Source of the DNA: Lytechinus pictus
Taxonomy: Eukaryota
Length of the DNA: 64,000 bases
Direction: 5' to 3'
NCBI RefSeq assembly: GCF_037042905.1
Contig: NC_087251.1
Location: forward strand, 35,900,001-35,964,000
The notes beneath the pieces were generated by a model. It worked only from the letters and a program-made list of their open reading frames with translations. It was not told the DNA's origin and made no database searches. Below, piece after piece: positions 52,701 to 64,000 of this stretch. The first letter of the stretch is position 1. Every line of letters starts with the position of its first letter. Both the position numbers and the translations under genes were made by a program.

Positions 52701-55230
52701 TATGATCACTTTGGAGTTGCTTCTTTTGCTTCAGGCTTCTTTCGTTGTGCTGTTCAGGCTTGTCACTCCCTTCAAAATACAATCCATCATCTATTCTGCA
52801 CAGATCACGGCACGCTTTAATGTCTCTCGGTATCCTTCCATGTGGATGTTGCAGCATGAAAGATGCTTCGGCTGAACTCTGCTCGGCCGTACGCCATCAG
52901 AACAGAACTCTCGTGAATTGCTGCCTGAATGGTTTTAAAATGGACGTGATAGCAGGAGAAAAGGGGAGATAACGCATCACCAAAGTTCATAACAGAATTT
53001 AGAACAGGGATCCCTGGCATATTTGATGCAGCCTTATGCAGGGAGGCATGAAGGAGTAAGACGAGAACGGAGCATGATCAAGAGTCAAGCTGGGTGCCAC
53101 TTAATGAAAATCTCGCCAAGTACTCTATGATATATGACCCGGTATCGCCGTGTCCTTTTTTAGCCTTAATACGGCGCATTTTAAATTTTTGATGGGATAT
53201 GAATGAGGGGATATGCTAAAATTGGAAAGAGGGGAGAAAGAATCTTGGGCACCATTTGAAATTTGATAGCGCCACTGAAAAATTCATGCAGGAAGACTTG
53301 TGCTCAACGAGAGTAGTAGAAGCCTGCAATTTTTTCATGCAAGGCCCAAACGTCTTTTTGATTGAAAAGAAGAAAAGAGAGAGGTAGAAAGCGAAAGAAG
53401 CATTGCCTCAGCCCTCTATTTATTCAGCTGCTCCCACAAGCATGTTCTTATCTGCAAACATTGGTGTTGATCCAAACCGAAATGTACAATTGCTACAATT
53501 AAAAAATTCTTAATTTATTATTGTTCAGTAGGTAATAAATTGATTGTATACATGTGTAAAGCTTTGAGTGCTAAAGGCAAAGGTCTTATTGACAGGAAGT
53601 TGAATTAACAATTGGGGGGAAAACAGGAAAGGTATTGAATGATGAGATTTTTTCCAATGGGAATCAGATATGCAGTTTATTTGTGTACTTCTTTGTGGCT
53701 GATACATAGGGGTAATTTACATGGTATATGTTGAATTATGTTCACCACAAAATTTGTAGCAAAAATACAGCAAATCATTTTTTGATAGAAATAAGATATT
53801 CATCTTCCTTTTCATATCTGCTCTTAATGGTAACTTATTTACCTTATATTCCAATTTATGAACACCATCTTACTTTTTTATGAGTCCGATAAGGATAGAA
53901 CACTAACATTTATCACTCTGATTTAGATGAGAATAGCATACAAGGTATGGCAAATGAAAAGTCAAAGTTATGGAATTTTTAGTGAGAAGTTATAAACAAT
54001 TATTATTAGTGAGGCAATGGCAAAAAATAGAAGTTCTTGACGTCACACACAATAAAGCCATATCACTCCCTTATGAACATTCATTGATAAATGTTTTTCT
54101 TGGTAATAGCTTCTAAATTTGGAAACTTCTTGAGAGCGGGCGGAGTGTGTGTGTGCTGTTCCATAAACTTCACGGCAACTCAGTTCTGGATCTAGCTTGC
54201 CTCAGTGTGTGTCCTGGCAACAGTTGCTATGACGACGTTATACCATGCTGCCTGTGGGAGTCGGTTAGTTGGGGCACCCAGAGGGGGAGCTCTAATTTTG
54301 GAATTCCTGTGAGTCATTCGTCATAGAGCTTGCTTGGCAGCTCTCTTATGGCTCTGCAAGACTTGGGATCGCGGGGAGGGTGCAGGATGCTGGCTAGGAC
54401 ATCCTTTTTAAAACTAGAATAAAAACTGAAGCATGACAACATTTGGAATTTTCACATTAGGTGACTGGCGCACAGGATCTCAAACAGAGCTCCAAGTAGT
54501 TTTTTTTTATATTGCAAAAATGTTATTTGTCTGCTTTTCATATTTTGTAAGAAAAAAATGTTTCCTTCTTAATTATCCTTTCTTTAACAAGTTATCACCT
54601 TTTTAATTTCAGGCAATGGCATTGTTCTATTCTTTTCTTGTAGATGTGAAGGTACAGGCCTAGATGTTATATTCTATAAGTTTTCCTTCAGAGGGATATC
54701 TCTATCCAGAGTGCAGCCATTAGAAGGGATACATTATACAATCACCTTGTACAATTCTATTTGCTTTATTATCATGATAAAGATAATTGTATTACAAGAA
54801 GTATGTCCTTTTGGCCCAGGGATCTACCCTGTCCAGGCATTCATATTCCCTTCTTTCTCATTGCGATTGATTGATAGAAATACGTAATTGTCTGCATTGC
54901 AGTCATCTCTGTTCGTAACGCTAAAAGCTGCTGTGATAAACACGCTTGAGATATACACAGCGGTTAGAGATAAGACCATGATTAATAGAAGCAAATTCAC
55001 AGGAGTGTAGCACTATCAATAATGTTTGGTTAGACTTACAATGTAGGTCCATGGTTATACAACTCTCTCTCATATGCGATCGAAGGGGTTGGTCTCTCTC
55101 TAATTAAAGCAGCTGTCTTATCATGGCATTAAATATTCCTTTTTAGCATTGTATTTTTCATTTTGGGGCTTTGAAAATGCTCATGGCATTTGTCTATATT
55201 TGTGTATTCATGCTTATATCATGATTATGT

Positions 55231-55560
55231 GGAGGTGTCGTGGTGTAGTGGTTCAGTCACTTGACTCTTACACCAAGGGTCGAGGGTTCAAATCCCATCC
55301 GGGCAAATGTCCTTTGGCAAGGCACTTATCCACGTTTTTCACTCTCCACCCAGGTGTTAAATGGGTACCTGTTCGGATGTGAACGTCTATGTGATTAGAT
55401 TGGCACATGTGCAGCGATAAACGGTTGCCTGGCCAAGATGCTCCCTGGGGAGTGGAAATGGTGCACTTCATGTGTGGAACATTGATGGATCTTATGACCG
55501 GGGTAATAATAATTACAATGTAAAGCGGTCAGAAACCAAAGTATGAAGTGCTATATAAAT
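55231..55560 (+). mobile_element. tRNA-derived SINE (second family sharing the central core)
   Basis: A box TGGTGTAGTGG (55241), B box GGTTCAAATCC (55285), core GGCAAGGCACTTATCCAC..CTCCACCCAGGTGTTAAATGGGTACC, 3' end GTGCTATATAAAT. Confidence 0.85.
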
Positions 55561-56575
55561 GTATGGCATATTATCAGTGGGTTTGGAGTTGGTTTAATTG
55601 GTGTGACTATAGCATACGGAAGTACAGAATCATCAACAGAAAATGACCAGCATCATTTATGTATACAAGCAACTAGTGTACGGCAGTGAAATGATTGGAC
55701 ATTCATTAAGCCGGTATAGAAATCCAGATCATCGCTTCCTCATAATTTGCAGTGCGGTGTACTAATTACCGGATTCATCTGAATTTCATAATTGAACTCT
55801 TCGCCATGCGTTGATATGTTAAAGGGAATCGTCTTTCATAACAAATTTACCTGCTTATACAGCTTGGGATTGGGATGGGTGGGAGTGGAGCGGGGAGGGA
55901 GGGGGGTGCTTGCCTATTTTTAGTGCAGTTGAAATTGGGGTTTTATTGTTTCTTTATTGGATTCTTCATCAAGGGGTAAAGTAGATTTCCATGTTTTCTT
56001 TCATTACGGGGGCAATGGAAAGAGAAGTTCATCGCAGTTCTCCGTCGTACTCCTGCCCCGGGAAGAATACAATTAGTCTGAGAAAGTTGATTATCGGATC
56101 TAGAGCGAGAAAATCGTATGGCAATTGGGATGCTCATGCAGATTAGATTATGGAAGGGAATTCATTTCAAACCTTGGATGAAGCTCATTAAGGAAGGAGA
56201 AATAAATTGGTTTTCTTTATTGCAATCTGCTGTGCTGTAAATGAATTTCAGTCATGGGTGCATCAGCCTTTATTGAGATGAAGATCATTTTCTGAGTTTA
56301 GCACTTCAATTTTACAATATTTTATGATAATGAAGTCAAACATCACAATTTTTTTTATTATTCAAAATGCTAGAATATCAAAGTTGAATGAACTGCATTT
56401 TACAGGAGAGATTTGTGTAGTTTTTATGCTTTTTGTTGTTGTTGAAGGAAAGGTGGATTTAGTGATTCATTCATAAGGCTCTCACATGTGAATGTTAAAT
56501 TGTTTAGAAATTGAAGCCTGCTCCATTTCCTGCTCAGAAAGTATGAGCATGTCAGGAATGGGAGTTTTCAAATAT

Positions 56576-56715
56576 GGGGAGCGTTACAAGAACTGTTTTA
56601 TCAGTGATATTTACTGACAAATTTGTTCTCGGCCAATCAGATGCCAGGATTCTCAGTTGCTTATAACATTTATCAGTAGAAATCACTGACAAAAACTATT
56701 CATGAAACACCTCCC
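56576..56715. mobile_element. CCAAT-containing short MITE
   Basis: Imperfect TIRs GGGGAGCGTTACAAGA / TCATGAAACACCTCCC. The body GCCAATCAGATGCCAGGATT is the reverse complement of the copy at 37147. Confidence 0.7.
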
Positions 56716-59700
56716 ATGATGTCACCTTGATTATTGCAACATAAATAATGGGAAAACACACAGAATAAGCCCACCCATCCTATGGCTACGTTTGTGTTTG
56801 TGTCAGTTGATGATGCGTAAACATGTCATCATTCTCCCAACCCAAACGTTGGTAGTTGATCCTTTTCATTCGGTTTCATTCATTCATCATCCCTGTCACT
56901 CAGCATTCCAGGTGTTGTACATTTCCTGTTGAATACGCTCAAATCCGACGTGCTTTTGTCAGAACGGGTTCGGTCGTGGGCATCCCAAAGGCGGGGTGCC
57001 CGCCTTTAATTTCCTGAGTAACGCAAAATGCAGCATCCCTGGTTGTGCTATTGATGGATGAACGACAAGGTCTGAATTTCCTGTGCCTATTGTGCAGAAT
57101 TAATGAATCAGGCAAAGTACTACAATTGAAAACACAGAAATGATTGAATCGGCTCGGAATACCGACATGAGATTGATGAGGATTGAGGAGATGTTTGGAG
57201 AGCTGATCTCGTTTTAGTGATGGAATTAAATAATCAAGATTAGAATGCTTCAATTGATTTCTGGGATTGTAGTAAAACAGATATTTACGATTGGAAATAA
57301 TCAGTTATTGTAGTGGCGTTAAGGTTAATTTGTGTGGATGTCAATCATGATGTTGCCAAATATTTCATTTGTATGACTTACATGCCATTGTGAACATTAA
57401 AAAAAAATCACCTGTCAGCACCAACTCAGTGTTTTATTTGTTTGATGTATTAATGAAAAATCAGTTCATTTAGATTATGACAGAAAGAAAATTGTATGAC
57501 AAAATAGTCTCCTTGTATTAGAGATCAAAATGAATACAAATTTTATCATAAAAACATACTTTTATTATTTCCAAAGCACACAGTCTGTATGTAATAATAG
57601 TTGCTTTCCTTTTCCTTAAGTGTGACTTGACAAACAAATGGCAATATTTTCATTTTCTTTCTTTTGTTTAAATTTTCACAAAGACTGAATTTGCTCAAGG
57701 ATCATTTGCAATACAAAATTTGAAAGTTTTATGGTTGTGTAGCCTGCTTTTGTATGAAATCTTGAGAAAAACTTGCATCATTTCATTTAGCTTTTCCCCC
57801 AGAAAGTCAAGACATTCAAATCTAGGTATGAAATTATACCTTTTTCCTATATGCATTATCCATTTTAACAGCATGCCCTAGAGATCTAAACTAAAACTCA
57901 ATTTTCAACAAAAAGGGAAAGATCTGAATCTAGTTTAATACTTGGATTAACCCTGATATGAAAGAAAGAAATATTATTAACCAGAGGCTTATAGCTCCGA
58001 GTTCCATCATCTCTCTGTTTTGCGTAGTCTGGCATGGCATAGAAACATATGGTAATTACAATATATAATCTGATTTAGGAGTGTGTGTACTGCAAGATAA
58101 ATACCCAGTTGCCATGGGAACGCTATAAACACATCTGGTGGCTGGGGGGAGAAAGTATACAAGGTTCCTTGTGTAATTCAGTTTTGCGGCCATTTGACGC
58201 TTGTCTTTGTTCTGTGTCGTGTAACACAGGATTTGTTTGCAAGGCGATCTGATTAAAAGACGGCTTTTAATTGGGAGTGTTTGTGAACGAGTAAAAGCAC
58301 ATGTCTAAGAGTGTATTATAATTCATTCTTGGGCAAGAAGTAGATGGCGGATTTATTGATTTGCTAAGTGGCTCTTTCCCATGATGCAATAGCATTAGTA
58401 GCCACTGTTTTATTTTTTCAAGGTTTATGCAATATGGAAATTTCTAATTACAAATATAGGATTGCTTCAGTTTCTGTATTCTCTCAATGAATGAAATCAA
58501 ATCAGAGCACTCAATCATTGATAGGATGACAGGGTAAAGAGATTGCATTTAACGCAGAAATCTTCCAGAGATAAATGTATTGTGGTATTATAATCTGCTT
58601 GTCCTTTGTTATATATTTCTTTACAAAATGAATAACTTCAATTCCAGGACTGGTGCCTAGGTTAAGCAATTTGTAGAAAAGGGAAATCATTGCAAATAGC
58701 ATTCTCGTCTGACAGCTTGTCTTGTAGCAATTCTGCTTTCTTTTACAGAATATAGAATTTCATACAAAAAGTGCACCACCATCGTGAACCTTAGAAATTG
58801 TCATCTACAGTAGCACGTAATTCAAATATTAATGGGATCAGCAAATAGCCAGTTCATCTTACTCTTCCAGAGGCAACTTTTTTCTCTCCATTTTTTTTAA
58901 ACAGAAATTACACTGTGCATTATTCATTGGATGTACAAAGGGAAAAAAGGGGGTCTGTAAATAAGTGAGGTTTTCGTGTGCAAGTATTTACTTCTTTTTT
59001 TTTCGCTGACTGGCTGGCTGGCTGTGAGCGAGCTTCAGAGGAGTTCAGTTTGCCCAACATGGCTTAGACAAAGGTGCTGCTGGTGAAGATGCAGAGCCGT
59101 CCCCTGAATGGTGGGAGTAGATAGACAATGGCACCCCTCCGTTGATTCTTCATTGTCCTATGTGTCGTCTCCTTGCTGTATCATTCAAAAGAATCAGATG
59201 ATTCGACACGTTCTGTTAAAAAATCATGCATTCCTCTTTCTTAACTTCTATCTCAAGTTCCATTCAGTTTTGTTTATCCTTCATCGATTCGTTTGTGATT
59301 ACCCATTGCCATGGCAACCAGTGATACTTTCAGCTCAGTTGAATTGTGAATTGCACTTTGAAGCAGAAAGAACATTTTTGCCTAAAAATTGTTTTTTTTT
59401 TAAAGGATTTTGTTTACACAGGCATGGAGTGTTGTTAGTTAATAGTTGTATAAAGTCATTAACCCATCTTTTGGATGCCTCTAAAAACATTGATGATATT
59501 ATCAAAGCATTTTCAAAATGCACATACCAAAAAAAATTTGTATTTGAATATTTATTACATTGGGTGCCCCTTTCGATGAGATCTAATGTGGCACAACATT
59601 AGTACTACATAACATTCTTATGATCAGCAAAAACTCTACAGAATTATTAGATTTATTTCATATTTCTCACATCAATCATTAATCCAAATATAGTTAGTGA

Positions 59701-60274
59701 TTTTATTCATTAATGAATTAATTTATCTTTTATTATGTATCCTCGTCTTTCTCCCCTTCTTCCTGTTCTTTCTTTTGTTCTTGCATGATACCCATTCAAG
59801 TTTGTTGTATTAAAGCAAATTGATTAAGCCCTGGCAAGCAGATGTATGATTACGCAGGAAATAAGTAATATAGACACTACCATATAACTCCAGTCATGTA
59901 ACACAGGGCACGTAAAGATGATTAAATACCGAGAGTGAAACCTGAGATAAGGAACCGGTTGAAATTCAGGGCAAATATCAATATTACGTATCATTCACTC
60001 ATATGCTATACCCTGATTGGTTAACAACATCCTGCCATGCTTAAAGCACTAATTATCATTATTCTTGTGCAGTTATGAACAGCTTTGTTGTATACATTAA
60101 TGTGAAAGGCTATAGGTCTGTGCTGGATACAGTGAGTGGTCTTTTATCATCGAATTATGTAGTAATTACCTTAGATTTTTGTCCTCTCTTTGCTAATTGA
60201 CACATTTTTGTGCCATCTTTTTAATGGATGTTTTCTAAAGGTGTATTCAATGAAATAGATTACAGTCAAATTCT

Positions 60275-60675
60275 ACCGCGATTCCATACGTGTCGTACGG
60301 GACTTTTCGACAACAATATCTAGTCTCTTAGTTGATTGCTTGAGCAATAACAATTTATTTTTTGTCAATAATAAAGTTATAGTGGGAAGTCATGTGAAAA
60401 CCTGATTACTAACAAATAATGTTTGATTATGGGTGAATTACAGGTGAAAATGTTGTGCATTGTACGGGACTCAGAAATGTCCCGTACGACACACAACATT
60501 TTCACCTCTAATTCACCCATGGACAACATAATTTTGTTGGTTGTCATTTTCTTACATGACTACCCAGTAGTACTTTATTATTACCACAAAATACATTGAA
60601 GTTCCTTGTTTGTTTGGACAGTAGGTTGAAAAATGTTGTGAAAATGGCTGATTTTTCTAGCACGGAATCGCCCAT
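60275..60675. mobile_element. Fold-back (palindromic) element, ~400 bp
   Basis: Imperfect inverted arms are centred at ~60474: ATGGGTGAATTACAGGTGAAAATGTTGTG..GTACGGGAC / GTCCCGTAC..CACAACATTTTCACCTCTAATTCACCCAT, with outer GCGATTCC / GGAATCGC. Confidence 0.7.
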
Positions 60676-63100
60676 AGATGAGAGGACATCGCGAATTCCA
60701 ACCTAAACTCTAGACAATAAACATCTAAATGTAATACCTAATTCACTCAAAAAGCATGATAACATTCTTTCAAACTAAAAGGAAATACTAAATTCACACT
60801 CTTGGCAAACCTGTAAGAAATAAAATATTGAAAGATTGTTTAAAAGAAAACTGTAAACTGTAAGATTTAAAGTTTGTTATGATGTAGGTAGGCCCTAAAG
60901 GTAGTGGAGTTTTATTTTCACCTGTCTGTGTTGTTGATGGTATAGAGATTCTTGAGACAATAGGGTCTGCTCAGCTCGTTTAATTACAATGCGGTTAGGA
61001 CCGCTTCACGATGTCGCTTGCAACATGGCAGGATAAAGTAGGGCCTCTTTCTCAGCTGTAAGTGTGTACATCAGATCGGCCTGTTAACAACATTAATGAG
61101 TTTACGCCTGTCAGCGTTGGTCTCGCTAGGACTCGGCGGGACGAAGCCAACCTTATTACAGACCTTCTGCATGAAACATAAGGGCCCAAGTGACGCACCC
61201 GAATTAACACTTGCTGATTGCCTATCTTCTCAGAATGCCCTCATCCAATTTGCGTTGGCATTTTTTGGCTTCTTCTTTTTTTAATTGAGGGGTTAGATTA
61301 CTTCCACAGATAACCTTCTCTGTCTTGAGCTTGCCCACTTCTTTTTGTTCTTTTCCTGCCGAAATGAGTCACATTTGTGAAATATTTATGGCAAGGTGTA
61401 TATAGGTTAAGAATGAGATATAATCTGTGAATTAGCTATGAATTGACCACTGTTACTTCCAATAAATTGTTCTTCAATTCCTTTATCCTGTATATATCAT
61501 GAGTTTGAACAGTGGTTCTTATTTGTATATGAGCGGCTAGAGGGCATTATGATTCATTAATTAAAAAACAGATTTCATTCAATTGCTATTGCACCAACCT
61601 CTGTTGTTCTCTTTTTGTACTTTTACTTTTGCTTGCTTCCATTTTCAACATGAATATGTCATTTATTATCATCTGTGCACATTGAAAGAATAATAAGGAA
61701 AGAGGATTCATGTAAGCCTACATTATGTCCATAAACTTAAAATAAATTCTCCTTGAAATTGATATCGCTGTGGCTTTATATTTGTATACCAATGGACAGG
61801 ATATCCTTTTCAATATCCTCCATGTCATACCAATCATTTAAACAAAAATATCATTAGTTTTGATTTCTAATTATCACATATCAATCTTTGCAAAGTAGGG
61901 AATAGGCCTTCTCCTGAAATCATGAAGATAAAAAGGTACACACTGTATTTTGAGGATATTTCTCAGCTTCTCTTTGTGTGTGTACGTATTGTGAGAAAAA
62001 AGGATGTTGATTAATTTTAGGGTTGAAACTTACTATTTAGAAACAAGGACTTTATGCAAAATGTGGTTAACTCTATTTCTATTGTGTGTGATTATTTAAA
62101 AAAAAGAGGAGAAATATCAGATGAGATATCCGCTTTTGCCAATTGAATGATTTTATTCAGCTCCGGTAATGATTTTCGCATCCTTGGTATCATGTGGCCT
62201 GCTATAATTGAATAATCATGCAGAGGTCAGAATTGTTTTTTGTCCTTCATCATTTCTCCCCTCAAAAATAGCAAAGCCACATGCCAGTTGCCATGGCAGT
62301 GGTTAGCTATTACCATAGCAACCAATACAGATTGAAGACAGGAATCGTTATCACATGATCTGTTATAGTAATTCATGTTATTTACAGTTTGGGAGCGGCT
62401 GCTGCTTGCATTAAAGCCAACTATGGTTCAACCTAAAAACAGGACCATGCCATTTCAAAAGAACTCTTTGTTTTCATGCAAAGTCCTTTCTTTCCGAAGA
62501 TCTTTATTTGTGATTTTATTTGAAGGACCTTCAATAAAGATTTAGGTTATTGATGGGTCCATGCATGGTTGATAAATAATTCTGAAAATAACTGTCAAGC
62601 AGTGAAGATTGAAAATGTTGTTTCCTGTTTTTTGTAGAAAAACACCTTTTGACATGATTTAAAATCAAGTTAAGTAATATCATGAAATATTGAAGGTAAC
62701 AAATAGCAGATAAGGATACAAGCTTGAAATAATAAGATTTTACCAGTTTCATATTATATAATTCTTTGTATCATATTGTTAAATTTATTTTTGATAACAT
62801 TCATAGTTTTTTTTTCCTCTCTTCAATTCTTGAATTCGTTAATATGTTGTTTTTTTTGGTAACCTTTTATATATCCTCATGATAATTTACAACAATAATT
62901 AGGGCTGGAAGTTTACATGGCCAATCAGCCATTATTATTATTATTTTTTTTTGGGGGGGGGTTCTTTTTTGTTTAGTATATACGTGTATGCATTTACTGA
63001 TATATTTGTTGTCCTTCATATTTATATGCCTGTAGATTAGATAGTAAAACAACAGCTTTTTATTTTGTATTTTTTCCTTGTTTCTTGATTTCCTCTACAG

Positions 63101-63178
63101 CTCACATAGCATTGGTAGAGAGACTTCTCAACAGCCAACTGACTCATAACCAGTCCCATCAAAATGGTCTCGATCTTG
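63101..63178 (+). CDS. foxN2/3: FoxN2/3 probable fourth coding exon (78 nt); gene continues past the window
   Basis: Strong acceptor ttccttgtttcttgatttcctctacag ends at 63100, and donor TTG|GTAAGC is at 63179. Phase 1/1. Open frame (A)HIALVERLLNSQLTHNQSHQNGLDL is in frame with the 56-nt exon. No stop codon is reached. Confidence 0.72.
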
Positions 63179-63369
63179 GTAAGCCCAAATCACATTATAG
63201 ATACCGGTATCAGATGGGTAATATAAAGCGATTTGTAAAGTTATGCACAACTTCGTGAACAACTTTACAAACAACTTTAACATGTCTTTAGGTGGTTGTT
63301 AGTCATTGGTCACCAGTCGGGCATAAAGTTATTCATATCTTATCGACAGCTTTATGAAACACCCACCAG

Positions 63370-63498
63370 GGGCCCGTAACACAAAGCTTAGCAATGATCG
63401 TAGAACATTTTTCTATGATCGATCGCATTGACTACAATGTACAATCAATCGTAAAAATAAAGCGTACGATTAATCGCAAACCTTTGTGTTACGGGACC
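63370..63498. mobile_element. 129-bp MITE with CAG TSD (Harbinger-like), copy 2
   Basis: TIRs GGGCCCGTAACACAAAG / CTTTGTGTTACGGGACC, CAG TSD at 63367-63369 and 63499-63501. Confidence 0.85.
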
Positions 63499-64000
63499 CA
63501 GGTAATGGAGATATAAATGGAAATTTTTAACAATGTCATGCCCCATCATTAAATTGTTGATTATTCCTAATTAAGAGCAGAAACCAATGTTAGAATTTAC
63601 ACAGAGTTTTTTTTTAGGACGTAAATAGTATTAAACTAATGCTTAATACTATTAGTACTATCCAGATAATCAATATGTTCAATACCATTCAGATCATATG
63701 AAGATCATAATTTAGGCAGCGGTTAGATTTTGTGCAAATTTTTTTTTTTGCCTCTTAATGCCCCAATATATTCAGATCATTTTAAAAATCAAAATTTTTA
63801 TTGCTTCTATGAATGTTGGTACTTGACCACGTACTGTTTGGAGGCTATTTTATCACCATGGCAATTACCATTTATTACTGGAATCATATAGGGAAGTGAG
63901 CTTGTTGGGTAAACATGATGACATGTGGCATAGACTTGTTCTGCGTTGTTGGTGATTGATGACCGGGGCCCTAAGCTCTTCAGTTCATTTTTTTCCCAAA

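Noticed and set aside
12590..61200. Scattered GACGC (FoxN FHL) sites as autoregulatory elements
   Set aside because: A 5-mer occurring at no obvious excess or clustering. Cannot be separated from chance by eye.

Overview
AT-rich animal (eukaryotic) genomic DNA, most likely an echinoderm such as a sea urchin (inferred from repeat types and composition, not verified). Almost the whole window is one large intron-rich + strand gene for a FoxN2/3-subfamily forkhead transcription factor. Four coding exons splice in frame: 30663-31238 (ATG in GCCACCATG), 41499-41650, 45310-45365 and 63101-63178. The gene continues beyond the window. Upstream lie several CpG-rich candidate promoters/non-coding first exons. 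The rest is non-coding and dense with transposon relics: a ~3.1 kb Sola1-like DNA element with eight perfect 15-mer subterminal repeats and a nested L1/Tx1 LINE fragment, two related elements with 7-bp TSDs, hAT, Harbinger-like and Tc1/pogo-like MITEs, and two tRNA-derived SINEs. The most notable observations are a 179-bp tandem triplication of the 3' half and splice donor of the forkhead-completing exon, more than 20 RFX X-box-like palindromes across the locus, and an excess of TA-NNNN-TA palindromes resembling transposon excision footprints. Nearly all other ORFs in the supplied track look spurious. No clearly novel multi-gene system is evident.
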